Shown: positions 1 through 10,391 of the stretch, in pieces
How positions within the stretch are numbered: position 1 is the first letter of the stretch
Layout of the letters: every line of letters begins with the position of its first letter
Translations under genes and position numbers: made by a program
Notes under the pieces: generated by a model
Databases searched by the model: none
What the model was told of the DNA's origin: nothing
Seen by the model: the letters and a program-made list of their open reading frames with translations, nothing else
NCBI GenBank assembly: GCA_963840855.1
Contig: CAWJBB010000041.1
Span: forward strand, 96,001 to 160,000
Source: an uncultured delta proteobacterium
GTDB taxonomy: Bacteria; Desulfobacterota; Binatia; UBA9968
DNA length: 64,000 nt
Direction: 5' to 3'

Positions 1-1
1 G

Positions 2-553
2 CTCGCCGCCAGTTGGGTGGCGTGGAAGAATAAAATCCCATGGCTTCGCGCGGTGGATTGCGCTGCGCCCGCGCTTGCCGCGAGTTACGGCATCGGACGC
101 ATCGGCTGCCATGTAGCGGGGGATGGTGACTGGGGCGCCGTAACCGACGTTCCTTGGGGAGTTGCCTACACCAACGCCATCATCGGCTGGGTCGATCCGA
201 ATACCGGGATTCCCTATCCGCCCGGCACTCGCGTCCATCCGACGCCCATCTATGAGTTTATCCAGTCGGCGATCATTTTTGCCATTCTGTGGGCGCTAAG
301 AAAAAAAGGCTACCCGCCCGGGAGCATGTTCTGGTTGTATCTCATACTCGCCGGACTGGCGCGGGCGATGGTGGAAATTTGGCGCATCAATCCGCCAGTC
401 GCGTTAGGCATGAGCGAGGCTCAATGGTTTGGCTTGGCCCTTGCCGTTATTGGTTGCTGGCAGCTGCTGCGTGCGCAAGAGCCGCGTTGCTTGACACACC
501 GACAGGGCACCGAAAGTGGGATTGATCCGAGAACCGGGGAAGGCCGGTCATAA
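2..553 (+). CDS. lgt: Prolipoprotein diacylglyceryl transferase, 5' end outside window
   Basis: GIGRIGC..GDGDWG and HPTPIYE motifs; frame open from window start. Confidence 0.85.
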   Translation, partial: LAASWVAWKNKIPWLRAVDCAAPALAASYGIGRIGCHVAGDGDWGAVTDVPWGVAYTNAIIGWVDPNTGIPYPPGTRVHPTPIYEFIQSAIIFAILWALRKKGYPPGSMFWLYLILAGLARAMVEIWRINPPVALGMSEAQWFGLALAVIGCWQLLRAQEPRCLTHRQGTESGIDPRTGEGRS

Positions 554-1272
554 TGAAGAGTGGATCTCCGTGTAACCGGGACGAGAACAGCCTCCAACGA
601 TTCAGAGAGATCGCCGCCCATCGACGCGCCAACGGCACCTATAGCGAAGGATTAAGCGTGAACCAACGCCCCGATTGTGGTCCGCCATGCGAATCGGGCC
701 TAATGGCCCGTTACTCATTTTAGTTCAATAGTCAGGGCGATCTCGGGCAAACCAAAAGCACTTTCGTAAGGGCTCTTTTCCGGGGTCATCATGCACCTGA
801 GCTCCGTCTCTCAGGGCGCGAGGCTCCAGCTAGGCTCCAGTGGGATGAACATCAAGCTTTGGTGACCGGAAAATAGCCGGCGCATTTTCTCGTATATCCT
901 ACTCTCACGGCACAATCATTCGCTAGGACGCGAACGATTTCCAGCCTCGAAACTATAGCCTCTTTGAACCCGACAACTTGAGCGATCCCGCTTTCCTCGC
1001 CCAGGCGATCGCCTTAATTCGACTGGCCTCGAACAGCTTGACTGCGAGATGCGCACGAACCAGCCTGGGATAGGCGGCGCCCTGACGCAGGTGAGGTGTG
1101 GCATTCCAGTATCGTTCGTTGAACCGTCGCCGTTAATACCTACCATGGTCATAGCTTTGCGCTGCTAGCTTTTTGCCGCCGGACTGGCTTGATTTTTATT
1201 TATTTATCCTATGTAAACTGACTTTCATCCAGCGCTCAGCGCAACTTCGAAGGGAAAAGGAGAACCGCAACC

Positions 1273-2460
1273 ATGTGGAAAGGGTTCAAGGTGATCGATG
1301 CGGACGCGCATATGCATGAACCGGAGTATTTATGGGATCGTTACGTCGAAACCAAGTACCGCGACCGGGTGCCGAAGGTCGCTTTCATGGACGGAATCCG
1401 GATGGTTTATGAACCCGATGGCAAGATCATCACGAAGGCCGAGCCGCAGCGCCATGCACTCGAAAGCGAGAAGCGGGAGATGGAAAGAAAGTACGGCGAG
1501 GCCTACCGTACCTGGTGGTCAGCGGAAACACGCCTGATAGTGATGGACCAAAATGGTTGGGACATTCAGGTCTGTCTCCCGACGGCGAACAACGGCAACT
1601 TCGCCTATCGCGTCGCGTTAAAAGATGTCGAGCTTGGCGCCGCCATGTGCCGGGCCTACAATAACTGGTGCTATGATTATTGCAGCGCGGATCACAAGCG
1701 ACTGAAATTTGTCGCCGTCTTGCCCGGTGGAGACGCGGGTGAGATGGTCAAGGAGGCGCGCCGAGCGGTCGAGAAGCTGGGGGCCGTGTCGGTTAGAAAT
1801 CCGGTCCTGCGGGATGGCAAGTGGTTGCACGAGCCGGAGATCGATGCGCTCTGGGATCTCGCTTGCGAGCTCGATTTCCCGATCTCCATCCACGGAGAAT
1901 ACCGCCATCTACGTTTCCAACCTTTTGAATACAACAAGGACTGGCAGTTTGAGGGCAATGCCCAGCTCGGCAAGCAGCGCTTCGCGTTGCGCGGTTTGGA
2001 CCACGCGTTGGGATTTCCATTCGATAATATGACCACTCTCGGCTACTTTATCTTCACGGGAATCCTGGAGCGTTTCCCCAAGCTGCGCCTCGGACTGTTG
2101 GAATCCAATTGCGGCTGGTTGCCGTTCTGGCTCGGCCGCATGGACGATCACACCCATGGGCGCAACAGTGTGATGGGCAATGCGGTGGACCGGTTGCCGC
2201 TGCGCCCAACGGAATATTTTATTCGCCAATGCAGCCTGGCGTGCGACAGCGACGAGCGGGCGCTGAGAAGCGTAGTGGACTATTTGAACGGCGATAACTT
2301 GGTGTGGAATAGCGATTACCCGCACCCCGACGCCCCCGAGCCGGCCGAGGCTCTCCCTGATCTCGATGCTCAATCTATTTCCGAGGAAGCCAAACGCAAA
2401 ATCCTGTGGGACAATGCCGTGAAACTCTACGGAGAGCGGATTATTTCAAACCGTTCATAG
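1273..2460 (+). CDS. Amidohydrolase family 2 (ACMSD/LigW-like) metal-dependent enzyme
   Basis: IDADAH N-terminal motif, SIH, LESNCGWLP, WNSDYPHPD; GGAG RBS. Confidence 0.85.
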   Translation: MWKGFKVIDADAHMHEPEYLWDRYVETKYRDRVPKVAFMDGIRMVYEPDGKIITKAEPQRHALESEKREMERKYGEAYRTWWSAETRLIVMDQNGWDIQVCLPTANNGNFAYRVALKDVELGAAMCRAYNNWCYDYCSADHKRLKFVAVLPGGDAGEMVKEARRAVEKLGAVSVRNPVLRDGKWLHEPEIDALWDLACELDFPISIHGEYRHLRFQPFEYNKDWQFEGNAQLGKQRFALRGLDHALGFPFDNMTTLGYFIFTGILERFPKLRLGLLESNCGWLPFWLGRMDDHTHGRNSVMGNAVDRLPLRPTEYFIRQCSLACDSDERALRSVVDYLNGDNLVWNSDYPHPDAPEPAEALPDLDAQSISEEAKRKILWDNAVKLYGERIISNRS

Positions 2461-2521
2461 GCGCTGACGCCGCGTCGGCAAACCGCTGCCGCGGCGCGGA
2501 CGGGAGAAAGAGGAACAAGGG

Positions 2522-3553
2522 ATGCTCAATCGCAAGAGGTCTGCCGCTGGTTTTATCGTTCTGCTTCTATTGTTGGCCTTGAGTTCAGCCGCGCGAGGCG
2601 CCTCCGACGATCTCGTGAAAGCCGCAAATAAGGAAGCCTCGCTGCTTCTGTACGGCGGCGCCACGCTGCAGCATATGACCCTGTTGATCGCAAATTTTAA
2701 CCGCACGCATCCCGGCATAAAAGTCAACTATCTGCGCAAATCAGGATCGTCCCTGTTCGAATTAATTGTCCGAGAGCTGAGGGCCAAAACTTACAACGCC
2801 GACGCCTATGTTCCGATTACCATCGACCAAGCCATCTATTTGGCGGAACGGAAGCTTTTAACCCACCATGCTTCGCCGGAACGGGCGGCAATTCCAGAGC
2901 AGTCGAAAGACCGCGACGGCTATTGGACGACGCTTTACCAGACCGGGCATGTTTTCGCTCATAACACGCGCCAGGTGAATCCCAAGGATGCGCCTCGTTC
3001 GTACGATGATCTGCTCCAGCCCAGGTGGAAAGGAAAGATCATGATGGATGACGAGGAAGACCTGTGGTACGCATCCGTGCTGGAGATTTTGGGCAAAGAA
3101 AAGGGTCAGAGCTTCATGCGCGGCCTGGCGCAGCAACAACCAGTGTTTCAAGGGAGCAAAACGCTGATGATGCAGCTGCTCTGCGCCGGCGAGGTTGCTC
3201 TCGCTTTTCCGGTGAATTTCAATCAAGCCAACGATGCCAAAAAAAGAGGCTGTCCGAGCGACTGGGTGGTCATAGAGCCGCAAACCCAGCGCCCGCCCTT
3301 CGTCATCGCCATGGCGCAGAACGCGCCGCATCCGGCGGCGGCAAAGCTATTCATCGACTTTTTGCTATCCAAGGAGCCGCAAAGATTTATGCAGGAAAAT
3401 ATTTTTCGGCAATCACCGCGGCTGGACGTGGAACCGAGCGGGGATTTGGCCAAGCTCAAGGGCGTTCGCGTCTGGAAATCCGATTGGAATGCGATCTTCA
3501 AAGAACGCGCTGGCTACACTGACGCGTTTAAAAAGGTTTTCAAGCTCTCTTGA
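2522..3553 (+). CDS. ABC-type extracellular solute-binding protein (Fe3+/AfuA-like fold)
   Basis: Signal peptide; YDDLLQPRWKGKI and APHPAAAKLFIDFLLSKE motifs. Confidence 0.8.
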   Translation: MLNRKRSAAGFIVLLLLLALSSAARGASDDLVKAANKEASLLLYGGATLQHMTLLIANFNRTHPGIKVNYLRKSGSSLFELIVRELRAKTYNADAYVPITIDQAIYLAERKLLTHHASPERAAIPEQSKDRDGYWTTLYQTGHVFAHNTRQVNPKDAPRSYDDLLQPRWKGKIMMDDEEDLWYASVLEILGKEKGQSFMRGLAQQQPVFQGSKTLMMQLLCAGEVALAFPVNFNQANDAKKRGCPSDWVVIEPQTQRPPFVIAMAQNAPHPAAAKLFIDFLLSKEPQRFMQENIFRQSPRLDVEPSGDLAKLKGVRVWKSDWNAIFKERAGYTDAFKKVFKLS

Positions 3554-3796
3554 TGACTTTTCCCTATCCCGACAATCTCGGCCGGCATCTCTTCCTCTCT
3601 GTTCTGCGCATCTAGATCAGTCCGTCAATTTCGTCTGGTCTTTCCCTGATTCGTAGCCGGGTGTCTGTCCTGTCCCACATTTTCGGAACAATTTTTTCCG
3701 GCTGACTAGGTTGGTAAATTGCTTGGATGCATGACGCGAGTCTTATTGCGAAGAAGAAATAAAAGAGAAACACTAATAAGCCAAATGGAGGTTGTC

Positions 3797-4220
3797 ATGA
3801 AAAAAGTTGTTGCAGCGATGGTTCTATCGGGAGCGCTTGGTTTCTTGCCTGCTCTCGCCCAGGAGAAAAACGACTCCCGCGAAGGAAGGCATGCCGATGA
3901 AAAGGAGATGGGCATGAAAGAGGAGGGCATAATGATGGAACAGCTGAAGGGGATGCAGAGAGAGCATGGAGCGAAATGCGCAAAGCATGGGGGCGGAATG
4001 ATGAAGGGCAGGGACATGATGAAAAGCGAAGATATGCAAGGGATGGGAAAGTCGATGGGGGAGATGTCAGGAGATGATGGGGAATATGGCGCAGATGATG
4101 GGGAGCGGCAAGATGACGCCGGAAGAGTTGCGGAACATGTCGAAGATGATGAGCGACATGTCCGGCATGGTGAAGCAGATGTCGGAGCGGATGGCACGGG
4201 GAATGAAGAAGACTCAATGA
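3797..4220 (+). CDS. Secreted methionine-rich protein (about 140 aa), one-base frameshift near 4070
   Basis: GGAGG RBS and signal peptide ending ALA-Q; Met-rich pattern continues in the shifted frame (EMMGNMAQMMGSGKMTPEELRNMSKMMSDMSGM...KKTQ*). Confidence 0.7.
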
Positions 4221-4312
4221 ATAACAGCCGGCGAAGAAGACCACCAAAGCATAGAAAGCACATGGGCATATTAGCCGAATTTTGATAACGAAGTCAGAAA
4301 GAGGAAAACGAC

Positions 4313-4792
4313 ATGAAAACTCATCTGCGCGGACTGTTGGTTTTGGTTTTCTCAATCATGGCGATGGCGGGTTGCGAGCGCGCGGCTAAACTTGTTCAAG
4401 GATCCGATGGCCATCAGCATGGCACCCCGGTTAATTGGAAATTCACCTTGCCGGCGGGCAACGCCGCCGAAGGGCGCAAGTTATTCGTCGCGGCGGAATG
4501 TCATAAGTGCCATGAAGTCAAAGGCGAAACATTTCCAGCGGTGGCCAAAGAGCCAGGCGATGTCGGCCCTGAGTTGGCGCAGATGGCCGGGATGCACCCG
4601 CCGGAGTTTTTCGCCGAGTCGATTATCAATCCCAGCGCCGTAATCGACCACGATGCCAAGGAGAAGGGCTATGTCGGTGCAGACGGAAAGTCCAAGATGC
4701 CGGATTACAACGACACTCTTACCCTGCGCCAGCTTGCGGACATTACCGCCTATCTAATTTCACTCAAAGGGGACGGACACAAAGGTCACTAG
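4313..4792 (+). CDS. Monoheme c-type cytochrome lipoprotein
   Basis: Lipobox-like MAGC, CHKCH heme motif, GPELA, ESIINP, SKMPDY distal Met. Confidence 0.85.
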   Translation: MKTHLRGLLVLVFSIMAMAGCERAAKLVQGSDGHQHGTPVNWKFTLPAGNAAEGRKLFVAAECHKCHEVKGETFPAVAKEPGDVGPELAQMAGMHPPEFFAESIINPSAVIDHDAKEKGYVGADGKSKMPDYNDTLTLRQLADITAYLISLKGDGHKGH

Positions 4793-4873
4793 AGCAAAAG
4801 ATCCGCATGACAGACGAAGAGACGAAGGGCGGTGGCTGGCTCCACTGAAACCGCATGCTAAAGTAGGCGCAAA

Positions 4874-6326
4874 ATGTCTGCACAGACTGATCCTGAGTTG
4901 GCCAGACAAAGTCTTGTTTTGCGTTTGGTGGAACGGTTCTTCGGCCGTTTGCGACTGCGTTTCTTACCGGTGCTTCTGACTTATTTTTGTTACGGTGCCA
5001 GCGCCCTCACCGGCGTGGCCTTGGTCTTCTTTGAGAAGAATGTGCTCGGGCTCACGCCGGCTGAAGTGGCGGAGATCGGTTTCTGGTTGGGCCTGCCATG
5101 GAGCATGAAAATGGTCGCCGGGACGGCTTCGGACCACTATCCGATTTTCGGCAGTCGCCGCAGAGCCTATCTTTTGCTCGGCGCCTTTTGCTCTTTGCTG
5201 GGGTATGCCTGGCTCGCGAGCCGTGGTGGGCGTCAAAGAACAGTTTCTCCTCGCCATGTTGATGGTGACGGTGGGTTTTATGATTCAGGACGTGGTCGCC
5301 GACGCTCTCAGCGTGGAGGTGGCGGAAAACGAGGAAGAGCTTAAACAGATTCAGGCGCTGGGGCGAGTGGCGCTGCTCCTTGGCAGTATTAGCGTCGGCT
5401 ATCTCGGCGGCTGGCTGGCCGGACGAATCGGCGCCCGCAACGTGTTCGCCATGGCAATGTTCTTGCCGCTCCTGGTAGCCGCCAGTTCCTACCTCCTGCC
5501 CCCGGAGGAGCGGTCCCGGCAACCATCATTAGATGATACCCCGGGCGCCGGATGGAAGCCGGCTGTGATCATGGCGAGCGGGCTCGCTTACGCATTGTTG
5601 GGCGCGGCACTGCAACTCTTCGAGGTTGCCTACGCACAGGAAATCGTGCTGGTCGTTTCCGGCTTGTTGATAGCGTTTCTTCTCAAGCTGGTCGGTATCT
5701 CGCGCTCGGTCGTGATCGCCGCTCTGGTAATTTTTCTTTTTCGGTCGATTCCCGGCGTCGGTCAAGGCTACCAGTATTGGGCCATCGATCGGTTGGGTTT
5801 CGACGAGCGCTTTCTCGGGCTGCTCTCTCAAGTGAGCTCGGTGCTGAGTTTGGCGGGGCTTTTGATCTTCAGGAAAACCATCGTTGAGCGTCCAGTTAGT
5901 TTCACGCTGTTCTGGGTCGTGCTGGCCGGAAGTGTCCTCTATCTGCCGAGCATCGGGCTCTTTTATGGCGCCAACGAATGGCTCGGAATAACGCCGCGAA
6001 TGTTCGCCTTCATCGACACGACGATTTCCGCGCCTTTGGGTCAGTTGACGATGGTGCCCATTCTCGTGCTCATCGCCAAGTCGGCGAAACCGGGCGCCGA
6101 AGCGACGACGTTTGCCATCATGGCGTCCCTCATGAACCTGGCGCTATCCGCCAGCGAGCTTTTTACCAGGTATCTGAACGATTTTTTTTCGGTCAGCCAA
6201 CAGGACTATTCTAACTTGGGCCGATTGATGATCAGCGTCGGAGTCATCGGCCTATTGCCGCTCTGCGCGCTGCCGCTGTTAAGGCGGGAAGAGCGCGCCG
6301 GCAGCGGCAGTGAGCCTACCGGCTAA
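4874..6326 (+). CDS. BT1/folate-biopterin family MFS transporter, frameshift near 5220
   Basis: LPWSMKM..G..SD.YPIFGSRRRAYL; QDVVADAL; GAEATTFAIMASLMNL; split across ORFs 4874 and 5205. Confidence 0.75.
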
Positions 6327-6394
6327 CGGAATTATTCGCCAGCTCAGCATCCGAATGAGTCTTTCCGGTGGCGGGCAATAGCCGGTACCTTTTT

Positions 6395-6493
6395 GGTTCA
6401 ATGTTCAAGGTTCAATGTTCAACGTATGTCTGAGTAGTTGAACACCCAAACTGTTGTCCCTAACTTTGAACTTTGAACGTTGAACTTTGAACC
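6395..6493. repeat. Inverted heptamer arrays (GTTCAAn)x4 ... (nTTGAAC)x4 between convergent genes
   Basis: ggttcaatgttcaaggttcaatgttcaacg ... aactttgaactttgaacgttgaactttgaacc. Confidence 0.8.
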
Positions 6494-6536
6494 GACGCCG
6501 AGAGTTCCCCCGCCACGGGGCGCGCCGCCTAGCCGC

Positions 6537-7628
6537 CTACCAGGCATCGTGCATGGTCGCCAAAATCCGCCCGTAAATTTCAGAGCCGACCATGCCCCGC
6601 GCTTGCAGTTCGGCCCGGCAGATTCTGCTGCAAAAGGCGATGGCGGCCTGGCACACGATCATGGCCTTGCCGTTCATCGTCCGGTGGCCGGTATCACGGC
6701 CATGGCGCAAGAAGACCGTTTCCTCGGGATGGTAAATCAAATCGTAAAAGCGAACCGATCGGGGAATTGACGACGCCAGGTGTAGCGATGCTTCATTGTT
6801 GCGTCTGATATCAGCTTCGGCGGCACGCGTGCCCCTAGCGCCGGATTCGGCCTTGCCGGAGTCAGCTTGCCTTGCTAAGTCCGGCTCCGCCGGCGCAAGA
6901 GCGGAATAGGGTTCTAGTGAGAACGCGCCGCCCTGACCCTTGGTGGTGCTGTTGATGATGAGGATTACCTTCGGTGCCCAGCGCGGCAGTTCATTTTCGC
7001 CGATGGCTTCAGCGTGGCCGCCGGCCCTGCGGATTTCTTCGGCCAGGGCGAGCGCATGTTCCACGGTGCGATTGCAGATGATGAGCTTGCCGCCGCCCAA
7101 CAATTCGCTCACGTAAAAGGCCACGGCCCGGGCCGAACCGCCGGCGCCCAATAAAAGGACGCCGGTGCCGCTGAGCGAAGCGACAAAGCTCTCTGTCTGC
7201 CCGGGTTGGGGTTTCAAGATGCTCGCGCCGAAGCCTGCACCGTCGGTGTTGTAGCCGACGAGCCGGCCGTCGTGGGTTCGGACAACCGTGTTGACGGCCT
7301 GGATGCGCGCCGCACCAGGATCGACTTCGTCTAAGAAGTCCATGATGGCAAGCTTGTGCGGCACCGTGACATTCACGCCGAGCAGCCGCTCACAATTTCT
7401 AAACGCCGCCGCAAGCTCTTTGAGTTTCGCTGAGTCCACGTCCAACGGCACATAACGCGCGTGAATCGCCAAATCGGCAAACGCGGCGTTCCACAAAGCC
7501 GGACTTTTTGAATAGCGCGACGGCGCTTCGCCAATGACCCCGGCGATCCGTTTGTCGCCGATGATCTGTGCATCAATCCGGTTGGTGAGGCAGGCTTGAA
7601 TGGCCACGAGGTCTTTTGCGGTCGACAT
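6537..7628 (-). CDS. aroE: Shikimate dehydrogenase
   Basis: SKSP.LWN, NVTVPHK, AVNT, GYNTDG.GF, GAGGSARA, YDLIYHP. Confidence 0.9.
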   Translation of the reverse strand: MSTAKDLVAIQACLTNRIDAQIIGDKRIAGVIGEAPSRYSKSPALWNAAFADLAIHARYVPLDVDSAKLKELAAAFRNCERLLGVNVTVPHKLAIMDFLDEVDPGAARIQAVNTVVRTHDGRLVGYNTDGAGFGASILKPQPGQTESFVASLSGTGVLLLGAGGSARAVAFYVSELLGGGKLIICNRTVEHALALAEEIRRAGGHAEAIGENELPRWAPKVILIINSTTKGQGGAFSLEPYSALAPAEPDLARQADSGKAESGARGTRAAEADIRRNNEASLHLASSIPRSVRFYDLIYHPEETVFLRHGRDTGHRTMNGKAMIVCQAAIAFCSRICRAELQARGMVGSEIYGRILATMHDAW

Positions 7629-7722
7629 GGCGATTCAGAGTTGCACGGCGGAAACTTGTTGGCAACCCGGCGTTATTCAAAATTCAAGGTTCAACGTTTT
7701 GCCCGCTGAACCCTAAATTCGG

Positions 7723-9153
7723 CTAGGCCGGTTTGATCGAGAGCTTGTCGTCGGCGAATGTTAGCAGGCTAGGTTTCTCGTTGATGACGGTTTCCAAAAC
7801 AACGTCATGTTCCCACAACTGACGCAGGTAGCGCATGGTCTTTTCGGCGTACTCCAGCTGCAGGTCGCGGCCGTCATGTTCATGCTTGAGCAGCAGAGCG
7901 CGATTTTTGTTGTAGTCGGAGTCCACTACTTTAATGACCGGTATGGTGCCGGTGCCGACATTGTGTATCAAGGTTTCTTTGATTTCGCGCCAGCTGTCCT
8001 TGTCGGCCACGCGGCTGACCACTTGCTCGTCGCCCCGCGTGCGGTACTCGAACAGATTCAATTCCCGAAGTAAGTCTTCTGTCAGGTAGCGGCGCAGAAA
8101 CGAGGAGTCGCGCTCCACTTCGCGCACTTCGAAGAGTTTTTCTATGGCGGTTTTTGTTCGCGGACCGAATTCCTTCTCTTCCTCCGGCGAGGGGTGGTCC
8201 CAACGCTTCTCGATATCCTCCCAGATCTTCATGCCGACGTGATAGGGATTCAAACCGCCCGGGTGCGGGCGTAGGACCTGAGTGTGGCGCACGATGAATT
8301 CCAAGTGGAGGCTTTGCGGAAGATCCAGGGCCTCGAGGATGCGCTTGTGCCAGAAGCTCGCCCAGCCCTCGTTCATGATCTTGGTTTCCATCTGTGGAAT
8401 GAAATATTGAGTTTGATCGTAGACGATGGTGAGCAGATCTTTTTCCCAATCGGCGAAATGCGGATTGTGATCGCGAATGAACAGCAATAGATCCTCGTCC
8501 GGGTAGAGCGGCACTCGGGTGAGATCGGGTGGCGCGTACTCCTTGGCGCGGTGGATTGCGCGGAAGGGATCTTTGGCGGGCTCAGATTCTTGCAATTTGG
8601 ATTCGCGCTCTTCTTCGGCGCCACGCTTGCGGATCGCCAGATTGCGCCGGCACTGTAAAGAAAGGGCGTGGGCGGCGTCGAGGATACGCTCGACTTTTTC
8701 CAGCCCTATACTGGGGTCTTCGACATACCGGCGTACGCGGTCCGCATGGGTCTTGAACGTCTCGATGGTGTACTCGGCCCGGGTGGAACGAAAGGTGAAA
8801 TTATTTTTGAAAAAATCATTATGGCCGTAAACATGGGCGATGGTGAGAACTTGCAGCGCCAACGTGTTGTCGCGCATCAGATACGCGATGGCGGGATTGG
8901 AGTTGATGACCATTTCATAGGGCAGGCCGCTGACGCCGTACTCGTAAAGTGTTTTCAGCTTTTCGAAGCTTTTGCCGTAGGACCAGTGCGGGTAATGAGA
9001 GGGCATGCCGGAGTAGACCATGTAGGACAGCATGTCTTCATGGTCGCACACCTCGAACTCCTGTGTGTAGGTGTCGAGTCCAAAGCGCTCAACCAACGCG
9101 ACGATGCGCTCGTTCCAGCTCTCAAGGTCCTCAAGGTTATAGACAGCGCTCAC
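7723..9153 (-). CDS. spoVR: SpoVR/YcgB family protein
   Basis: GMPSHYPHWSYGK, YEMVINSNP, AHVYGHNDFFKNN, TKIMNEGWASFWH. Confidence 0.92.
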   Translation of the reverse strand: MSAVYNLEDLESWNERIVALVERFGLDTYTQEFEVCDHEDMLSYMVYSGMPSHYPHWSYGKSFEKLKTLYEYGVSGLPYEMVINSNPAIAYLMRDNTLALQVLTIAHVYGHNDFFKNNFTFRSTRAEYTIETFKTHADRVRRYVEDPSIGLEKVERILDAAHALSLQCRRNLAIRKRGAEEERESKLQESEPAKDPFRAIHRAKEYAPPDLTRVPLYPDEDLLLFIRDHNPHFADWEKDLLTIVYDQTQYFIPQMETKIMNEGWASFWHKRILEALDLPQSLHLEFIVRHTQVLRPHPGGLNPYHVGMKIWEDIEKRWDHPSPEEEKEFGPRTKTAIEKLFEVREVERDSSFLRRYLTEDLLRELNLFEYRTRGDEQVVSRVADKDSWREIKETLIHNVGTGTIPVIKVVDSDYNKNRALLLKHEHDGRDLQLEYAEKTMRYLRQLWEHDVVLETVINEKPSLLTFADDKLSIKPA

Positions 9154-9162
9154 CGTATGCCC

Positions 9163-10343
9163 CTAAGCCGCGTCTTCGCGGATGCGGTCCTTGGCTAAAA
9201 AAGTCTTGAAGGCAGGCCAGATATCTTCCTTGCGCTGGATCTGGACGGTCTGAAAATTGGGCTCGTGAATTTGCGAGAAGAACTGGATCAGGCTGCTGCC
9301 GTAATAGCCTTCGCCCAGGGGCTTGATTTCACCGTAGCCGAATAAATTAGCCACCTGCGCCAACTCGGTGGCGGACTTGAGCGCCGCCGGGTTGTCGGAA
9401 TCGAAATTATCGCCGTCCGAGCAATGAAACGCGTAGACGTTCCAAAGGGTTGGATGGTAGCGCTGGTTGATGATCTCCAGGGCCTTGACATAACCGGATG
9501 AAATAAATGTTCCACCGGACTCGCCTTTGTGAAAGAACTCCTCCTCGGTTACCTCCCGCGCCTCGGTGTGATGGGCGATGAAGACGATTTCGACGTTTTG
9601 GTAGCGAGTGCAGAGGAACCGATAAAGGATGAAGAAGAAACTCCGCGCCAGGTATTTCTTCATGGTATCCATGGAACCTGAAGTGTCCATAATGCAAAGC
9701 ACGACGGCATTAGATTCGCGGCGCGGCTCGACCACGGTGTGATGGTAGCGCAGATCGTCCTTGTGAAAGGGAAAGCGATTGCCTTCGGGTGCCGGGGGTT
9801 GGCGGTGCTGCGACGCCTTCTTGCGCCTGATACGCGAGAGAGCCGTGCGTTTCTTATCCAAGCGCACGCGGATGCCCTTGCGCCGAAAGCCTTTCTGCTT
9901 GAAGAGTTTTTCCACCTCCATCTGGCGCAGCCGCTTGCGGTCAATATCGGGCAATTCAAGATCCTCGAACATCACTTCGATGAGCTCATCGAGGGTAACT
10001 TCGGTTTCATAGTAGTCGGCGCCCGGACTGTCGCCGGCCTGCTGGCCCGCCGCTTTGTCTTTGCCTTTGCCGATGACCTGCCCGGCTGCGGTTGGCCGTC
10101 GCCGCCCTGGCCGACACCAGGCGCGTTTTCGCCGTAGACAAATCGGTATTCCTTCACGCCACGGATCGGCACCTTGACGATGTGGTCTTTATCCTTGCCG
10201 ATGATGGACTCTTCGGCGACGATGTCCGCGATGTTGTTGCGCACCGCTTCGCGGATTTTTTGGCGGTGGCGCAGCCGGTCGCTGGCGCTGCGGTCGCTGC
10301 GCTGTCCGGAAGAGGAATTATACGGACGAAAGATCGTGTCCAT
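9163..10343 (-). CDS. yeaH: YeaH/YhbH (DUF444, vWA) protein, one-base deletion near 10080
   Basis: DRLRHRQKIREA N-terminus; FEDLELP, MDTSGSM, ESGGT, SDGDN; lies between prkA and spoVR. Confidence 0.85.
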
Positions 10344-10391
10344 TTGATTCCTTCTAGCGATTCGTTTGAGTACGCGGCCCGCTGGCGCTAG

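Noticed and set aside
740-800. GGCAAACC as a c-di-GMP-I riboswitch
   Set aside because: Lacks the GNRA-capped stem and the GACGCAAAGC follow-on
4070-4285. Acidic Asp/Glu-rich tail of ORF 3719-4285
   Set aside because: Out-of-frame reading of Met-rich codons after a one-base insertion
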